Shown here in pieces: positions 28,193-32,482 of a stretch of 32,482 nucleotides of DNA (the first letter of the stretch is position 1; each line of letters begins with the position of its first letter). The stretch lies in assembly GCA_016184305.1 (NCBI GenBank), contig JACPCX010000162.1, forward strand, positions 1-32,482. The letters run 5' to 3'. The DNA comes from Candidatus Rokuibacteriota bacterium. GTDB lineage: Bacteria; Methylomirabilota; Methylomirabilia; Rokubacteriales; CSP1-6. The notes under the pieces were generated by a model, which was given only the letters and a program-made list of their open reading frames with translations, was not told the DNA's origin and ran no database searches. A program made the position numbers and the translations under genes.

Positions 28193-29056
28193 TTAGGTGT
28201 AGGCGCCCTCCGTCAGCGGCTTGCCTCGCCACATGACCGGGTCGGCCTCCCATCGGTACGGTAGCTCCACCGACCCACCGGGCGAGGAGATCGTCCGCAG
28301 GGCGTCGAGGGCGTCCCCGAGGACGCGGAGATGCTTGTCCCGGTTCCCCGGCTCCCCGAGCATGCTGCCCCGGGGGAAATGCACCCGCGCCCACCGCGGC
28401 ACCATCAGGCGGCGCGTGGCGCCCGGGTTGTTCGACAGCGAGACGGTGGGAATGCCCCAGGCCTCGATCTCCCGCTGGACCAGTCCGCCGGACTGGTGGC
28501 AGACAGGTCAGACGGGTATGACGAGGGCGGCGTCCACCCCCTCGGCCTGAAGGCTCGCGGCGATGGCGGGGGCGGTCTCCTCGGCCAGATCCGCCGCCCG
28601 CGGACAGTAGCCCATGATGCTGTAATGGGTCGGGGCCAGACCCCCGATGACGCCGGCCGCCTCGAGCTCGCGCAGCCGGTCCAGCGGGAAGATCGTGTTC
28701 ATGTCCTCCCGCGCTACGTCGTGAGCGAAGTGGTCGTGGGCGATCCCGAGGGCCCGGATCGGCAACCCCGCGGGAATGGCGCGCCACGTCCAGTCGCCGT
28801 CCCCCGATGTCGCGTCGAAGGGAAGATCCTCCCCGGGACGATAGAGGCCTCCCGTGCTCACCACCGCGATACGGCTCCGGGCCAGTGGTGTCGTGACCGG
28901 CGCCCACGGCGATTCGGTGAAGGCCGGCCACGGGTAGCCCTTGAAGGCGGCGCCGTAGTCGTGCCGCTCGATCAAGGGCAGGGCCTCCGGCCACCAGGCC
29001 GCGTACTTGTCCCTGAACTCCGCGATCCAGCGTGAATCGCTTCTCACCGGGGGCAT
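28193..29056 (-). CDS. PrdB/GrdB-family (proline/glycine reductase selenoprotein B-like) selenoprotein, 287 aa, Sec at codon 183 (TGA 28508-28510)
   Basis: ATG 29056 after AGGAGA. Family motifs IAVVSTGG, D.N..FPLDRLREL...GVIG, EGVDAAL. Read-through of the TGA gives PV-U-PVCHQSGGLVQREIEAWGIPTV and continues in frame into the 28193-28405 ORF. Confidence 0.88.
28479..28497 (-). promoter_or_regulatory. Putative bacterial SECIS hairpin
   Basis: ACCAGUCC-GGC-GGACUGGU: perfect 8-bp stem starting 11 nt after the UGA, with G at the start of the apical loop. Confidence 0.75.
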
Positions 29057-29245
29057 GGGTTCTCCTGGAACACGGGGCCGAGACAGGGGAGCCGCTCGGC
29101 CCACCGCACCCGGCGGTTCTGACAGCGCGCCGGCCCGGGGTCCCGTCCGCACTCCACCTCGGGCCCGTCCGGCAGCTGCGGAGGCCGGTCGGCGAATCCC
29201 AGCGGGAAGAGGATCGTGAAATAGTCGGCTGTCATGCTGTCTTCC

Positions 29246-29890
29246 CTAGGCCGTTCCGAGGTAGCGGGACAACCGCTGCCGGAGGAACAGGCGTGAGCGG
29301 TGCACTCGCGACTTCACCGCGGGCAGGCTGATCCCGAGCGCCTCGGCGATCTCGGGGTTCGAGAGCCCTTCCACGTCATGCATCAGGAAGGCAGTCTTGT
29401 AGTCCGGTGGCAGCTCGTCGATGGCCGTCGTCAGCACGGTCCTGAGCTCCGTCTGCAGGGCCGGCTCCTCCACCTTGCCTGACCAGTCCCCCACGGGATC
29501 GGCGTGCTTCCCCAGGTCGTCGAACGCGGGAAGCAGATCCTCCCAGGACACCTCGTTCCGCTTGCTCTGCCGGCTCCGGAGCTTCTGGTAGGCCGCATTG
29601 GCCGTGATCCGGTAGAGCCAGCTCCCGAAGGCCGACTCCCCTTTGAAGGTGTGAATCTTCCGCGCCGCCGTCCAGAGGGCGTCCTGAACCACCTCTTCCG
29701 CGTCCTGCTCGTTGCTCGTGATGCGGATCGCGAGCCGGTAGACACGGTCGCCATAGGTGGCGACGAGCTGCTCGGCGGCCTCGGGATCCTCGCGGCGCAA
29801 CCGTTCGAGAAGGGCCGCGTCCGGATCCACCCGTCCCGCGCCCCCACGGCTCTGGCCCTGCCGCTCCACGTCGCTTGGCCTGGATACCAT
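29246..29890 (-). CDS. ECF (sigma70 group 4) RNA polymerase sigma factor
   Basis: DAEEVVQD, F..WLYRI..N, region 4 L.DVEGLS..EIAEALGIS..AVKSRVHRSR. Confidence 0.93.
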   Translation of the reverse strand: MVSRPSDVERQGQSRGGAGRVDPDAALLERLRREDPEAAEQLVATYGDRVYRLAIRITSNEQDAEEVVQDALWTAARKIHTFKGESAFGSWLYRITANAAYQKLRSRQSKRNEVSWEDLLPAFDDLGKHADPVGDWSGKVEEPALQTELRTVLTTAIDELPPDYKTAFLMHDVEGLSNPEIAEALGISLPAVKSRVHRSRLFLRQRLSRYLGTA

Positions 29891-29891
29891 G

Positions 29892-30509
29892 TCAGCGAGC
29901 CTCGTACAGGGTCAAATGCTGCTTGAGCTCGGTCACGCACCGCTCCATGACCGAGATGTCGCGCGTGACCTTGGTCAGGAGGATCGCGCCCTCGAGGGCG
30001 GCCACGAGGAACTCTGCCGCGCTCGCCGGGTCCAGGCCTGATCGGAGGCGCCCGCTCTCCTGGCCGCGCGCCAGCACCTCGGCCAGCGTCACCCGCCACT
30101 GGAGGAACATGCCGGCCAGCCGCTGGCGGAACCCCTCATGCACGTCCGACAGCTCGGAGGCCAGATTCCCGATGGGGCAGCCGCCGATGCAGCTGCGCTG
30201 CCGCTGGTTGTCGAGCACACTGTCCAGGAACTCCTGGATCTGCACGACAGGGTCGGCAACGGAATTGGCGAAGGCGGGCTCGAGCGTCCTCTCGACGAAG
30301 GCCTGGAGCATCCGATCGAGGATCGCGTAGCCGAGATCCTCCTTGCTCTTGAAGTAGTAGTAGAAGTTCCCCTTGCCGACACCGCTCTCCTTGAGGACGT
30401 CGTCAAGGGACGTTGCGTGGTACCCGCGCAGGTGGATCAGTTTGCCGGCCACGTCCAGGATCTGATCCCGGGTCGCCGCGCCCTTGGCGCTCCTGACCTC
30501 TACCGCCAT
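29892..30509 (-). CDS. TetR/AcrR family regulator, NemR/LmrA/YxaF-like
   Basis: ATG 30509 after GGAGAG; HTH GYHATSLDDV...GVGKGNFYYYFKSKEDL; GCPIGNLASELS. Confidence 0.92.
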   Translation of the reverse strand: MAVEVRSAKGAATRDQILDVAGKLIHLRGYHATSLDDVLKESGVGKGNFYYYFKSKEDLGYAILDRMLQAFVERTLEPAFANSVADPVVQIQEFLDSVLDNQRQRSCIGGCPIGNLASELSDVHEGFRQRLAGMFLQWRVTLAEVLARGQESGRLRSGLDPASAAEFLVAALEGAILLTKVTRDISVMERCVTELKQHLTLYEAR

Positions 30510-30543
30510 GACATGCTCTCCCCGCCTTCTATTGCCATGCTTC

Positions 30544-30563
30544 TGTACCAACCGGTCGGTACA
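30544..30563. promoter_or_regulatory. Putative TetR operator palindrome
   Basis: TGTACCAACC|GGTCGGTACA, 9 of 10 pairs, immediately downstream of the -10 box. Confidence 0.75.
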
Positions 30564-30592
30564 AACATACATGAGGAGCCTGATCCTGGCAA
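30564..30592 (-). promoter_or_regulatory. Putative sigma70 promoter of the TetR-ECF operon
   Basis: Minus strand TTGCCA-N17-TATGTT, preceded by an A-rich UP-like tract (about 30596-30620). Confidence 0.6.
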
Positions 30593-30635
30593 GGCAAAGT
30601 TTCTATCCTTTTGTTTTCCCTCAGTTTCCGCCAAG

Positions 30636-30863
30636 CCGTGGCAGCGCTTCCTCGGGTTCAACTGCGCGGGCGCCGCTCTGTGGGCGGTAGCCACCGGCCT
30701 GGCGGGATATGGCCTGGGGCGCCAGGTCACCTGGGTACGGATGGTCACCGACAGCGTCGGGCTCGCGGTCACCGCGGCCTCGGCACTCTTCGGGCTGGTG
30801 CTGCTGGTCCAGTACCTCGCGGCTCGCCGCCTCGATCGCGGGGCGCTCCGGGCCGGCGAGTAA
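30636..30863 (+). pseudogene. C-terminal fragment of a DedA-family membrane protein
   Basis: PWQRFLGFNCAGAALWA...LAGYGLG matches the DedA C-terminal motif; no N-terminal half and no nearby in-frame start. Confidence 0.65.
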
Positions 30864-30877
30864 GCCTCAGCGGACAG

Positions 30878-31318
30878 TCAGTCGCCGCCGCCGACGTCCA
30901 CGTACAGCGCGTCGATGAGGAGCTCGTTCTCCCGGGCCTCGTGCTCCTGAGTCCGCCGCGCGAATTCTCTCGCCTGCCTGAGGACCTCCGCGACGGGGCC
31001 GGCCAGGCAGGCCCGCGCCCCCTCGGCCAGCCTGTCCATTTCGGCCAGAAGCACTTCATGCTCCCTCTCGAGCCGCCGGACGGCGCCGAGATGCCGTGAG
31101 GCCTGAGTGCGGACGACGTCGAAGAAGCCGCCCTGAGCCTCCTCGTCCGTGAAGTGGGGCACCATGAGCAACCGGAGCTCCTGCAGCCGTCGCAGCAGAT
31201 CCACGAGGCTCTGCGCGTGGCCGAGCCGCTCGGTCAGCTCCCGGATCTTCCGATGCTCCTCGATGGCCTGGGCATTCGCGTTGGAGATAGACTCCCCACC
31301 GCCCGGTTCGGTCATCAT
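30878..31318 (-). CDS. Hemerythrin-like (HHE cation-binding) protein
   Basis: EEH, HFTDEE, EH, HEARE ligand spacing in a four-helix protein; GAGGAGG RBS. Confidence 0.78.
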   Translation of the reverse strand: MMTEPGGGESISNANAQAIEEHRKIRELTERLGHAQSLVDLLRRLQELRLLMVPHFTDEEAQGGFFDVVRTQASRHLGAVRRLEREHEVLLAEMDRLAEGARACLAGPVAEVLRQAREFARRTQEHEARENELLIDALYVDVGGGD

Positions 31319-31397
31319 GTCGGCGCCTCCTCTGTGACTTCCTCAGCAGTAGCTGGTGGGCGGCGGCGTTCGCGGGAGGAACGTAGGCCGACCCATC

Positions 31398-32408
31398 TCA
31401 CACCTCCCCCGCGATCACGCTGACAATGCGCGCGCCGGGCGCGCGGGTCCGCAGCAGCCGCTCCGCGCGCTCCGGCGCCATCCCGTAGACGGCCGTCGCC
31501 GCCGCGTCGGCGGCAAGACAGGTGCTCGCGGCCACCGTGACGCTGTGGACCGCCGTGCGCCTGGGGGCGGCCGTCGTCGGGTCGAGGAGGTGATGGTACC
31601 GGCGGCCCCGGTGACTGAAGTACTGCAGGTAGTCGCCGGACGTCGCCACCGCCCCGTCGCTGACGGCAACCTCGCCGGCCAGCCGGCTCGGGTGTTGCGG
31701 CGACCGGACTCCGACCCGCCAGGGCCCGCCGGCCTCGGACTCGCCGAGGGCGTAGAGGTCGCCGCCGACATTCACGATGGCCTGCGTGATACCCCGGCGC
31801 CGCAGCGCCTGGACCGCGGCATCGACCCCGTAGCCCTTCGCGATGCCGCCGAGATCCACCTCCACACCCGGGTCCCTGAACCGGACGACGGGGCTGCCGC
31901 GCCACGTGTCGAGGTCCAACCCCCGGTAGAGGCCCCGCCCGGCCAAGCGCCGTACCGCATCCCCCGGCGGTGGGGTGCGGCGGTGGCCCACGTCCCAGAG
32001 ACGGATCGCCTCCCCGAGGCACGGATCGAAGGCACCGTTACTCGCCTCGGCCCACGCCAGGGCCTCCCGGAGCACCGTCGCGGTCTCCACACTCACGGCG
32101 ATTGGCCACGTGGCCGCAAGGCGGTTGGCGCGGCCGATGTCGGAGGTCGCCGAGAAGCGCGTCATGAGCCGCTCGACAGCCTGGAGCTCCTCGATCGCGG
32201 CGTCGATGGCGGCATGCGCCTGGCGCGGGTCCCGGTGGACCACGGCGAACTCGGCGATCGTGCCCATCACGGGGACGGCTCGGCGCACGAGCGTTTGCCG
32301 GCGGTGGGCGGCGATGGGGATGCTGGCCACCACGAAGGCGCCGACCCCCAGCGCCAAGACGCCCCGCCGGGTGAGCGTGAGGGACGGGCCTCGATCAGCG
32401 TTGCGCAT
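31398..32408 (-). CDS. apbE: FAD:protein FMN transferase ApbE with twin-arginine-like signal
   Basis: ATG 32408 after GGAG; TRRGVL plus hydrophobic stretch; VMGT, GAFDP, DLGGIAKGY.VD, VNVGGD, ATSGDY, YHHLLDP. Confidence 0.93.
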   Translation of the reverse strand: MRNADRGPSLTLTRRGVLALGVGAFVVASIPIAAHRRQTLVRRAVPVMGTIAEFAVVHRDPRQAHAAIDAAIEELQAVERLMTRFSATSDIGRANRLAATWPIAVSVETATVLREALAWAEASNGAFDPCLGEAIRLWDVGHRRTPPPGDAVRRLAGRGLYRGLDLDTWRGSPVVRFRDPGVEVDLGGIAKGYGVDAAVQALRRRGITQAIVNVGGDLYALGESEAGGPWRVGVRSPQHPSRLAGEVAVSDGAVATSGDYLQYFSHRGRRYHHLLDPTTAAPRRTAVHSVTVAASTCLAADAAATAVYGMAPERAERLLRTRAPGARIVSVIAGEV

Positions 32409-32482
32409 GCTCTGACTCCATTTCTCCGCCGGGCTTCGCGTCGCAGCCGCCACAGCCCCCCGTCGCCGCCGTGCACGAGCCG
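32395..32482 (-). CDS. C-terminal end of an upstream Cys-rich protein (partial)
   Basis: Open frame ...GSCTAATGGCGGCDAKPGGEMESEHAQR* whose stop overlaps the apbE start. Confidence 0.45.
   Translation of the reverse strand, partial: GSCTAATGGCGGCDAKPGGEMESEHAQR

Noticed and set aside
24218..29056. Functional link between proBA and the proline-reductase-like selenoprotein
   Set aside because: rplU-rpmA-obg-proB-proA-nadD-rsfS is a widely conserved cluster, so proximity alone is not evidence
29044..29235. 63-aa ORF after the ECF sigma as an anti-sigma factor
   Set aside because: No HxxxCxxC motif or transmembrane helix; coding status unsupported

Overview
GC-rich bacterial chromosomal segment. 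The gene set and codon style suggest a Rokubacteria/Methylomirabilota-like or deltaproteobacterial genome; this is inference only. Almost every gene is on the minus strand. In transcription order (right to left): apbE flavin transferase, hemerythrin-like protein, a DedA remnant (+ strand), NemR/LmrA-type TetR with its own operator, ECF sigma factor, a PrdB/GrdB-family selenoprotein, rplU-rpmA-obg-proB-proA-nadD-rsfS, dksA-like, LapA/LapB-like TPR protein, comF, gap-pgk-tpiA-secG, a peptide ABC transporter, a MITE-like element, a 5'-truncated tRNA-Leu(GAG), then lipA-nuoABCDE-[DUF4258/YgiT pair]-nuoFGHIJK-pdhABC with no nuoLMN. Main highlights: (1) a selenoprotein hidden in the ORF track (in-frame UGA in a UxxC motif plus a SECIS-like hairpin); (2) the lipA/complex I/PDH operon lacking antiporter subunits; (3) a toxin-antitoxin-like cassette between nuoE and nuoF bounded by a 7-bp direct repeat; (4) a REP-like repeat family, one copy nested inside a MITE; (5) three short internal deletions (nuoA, proA, tRNA-Leu) that are either real lesions or local assembly errors.
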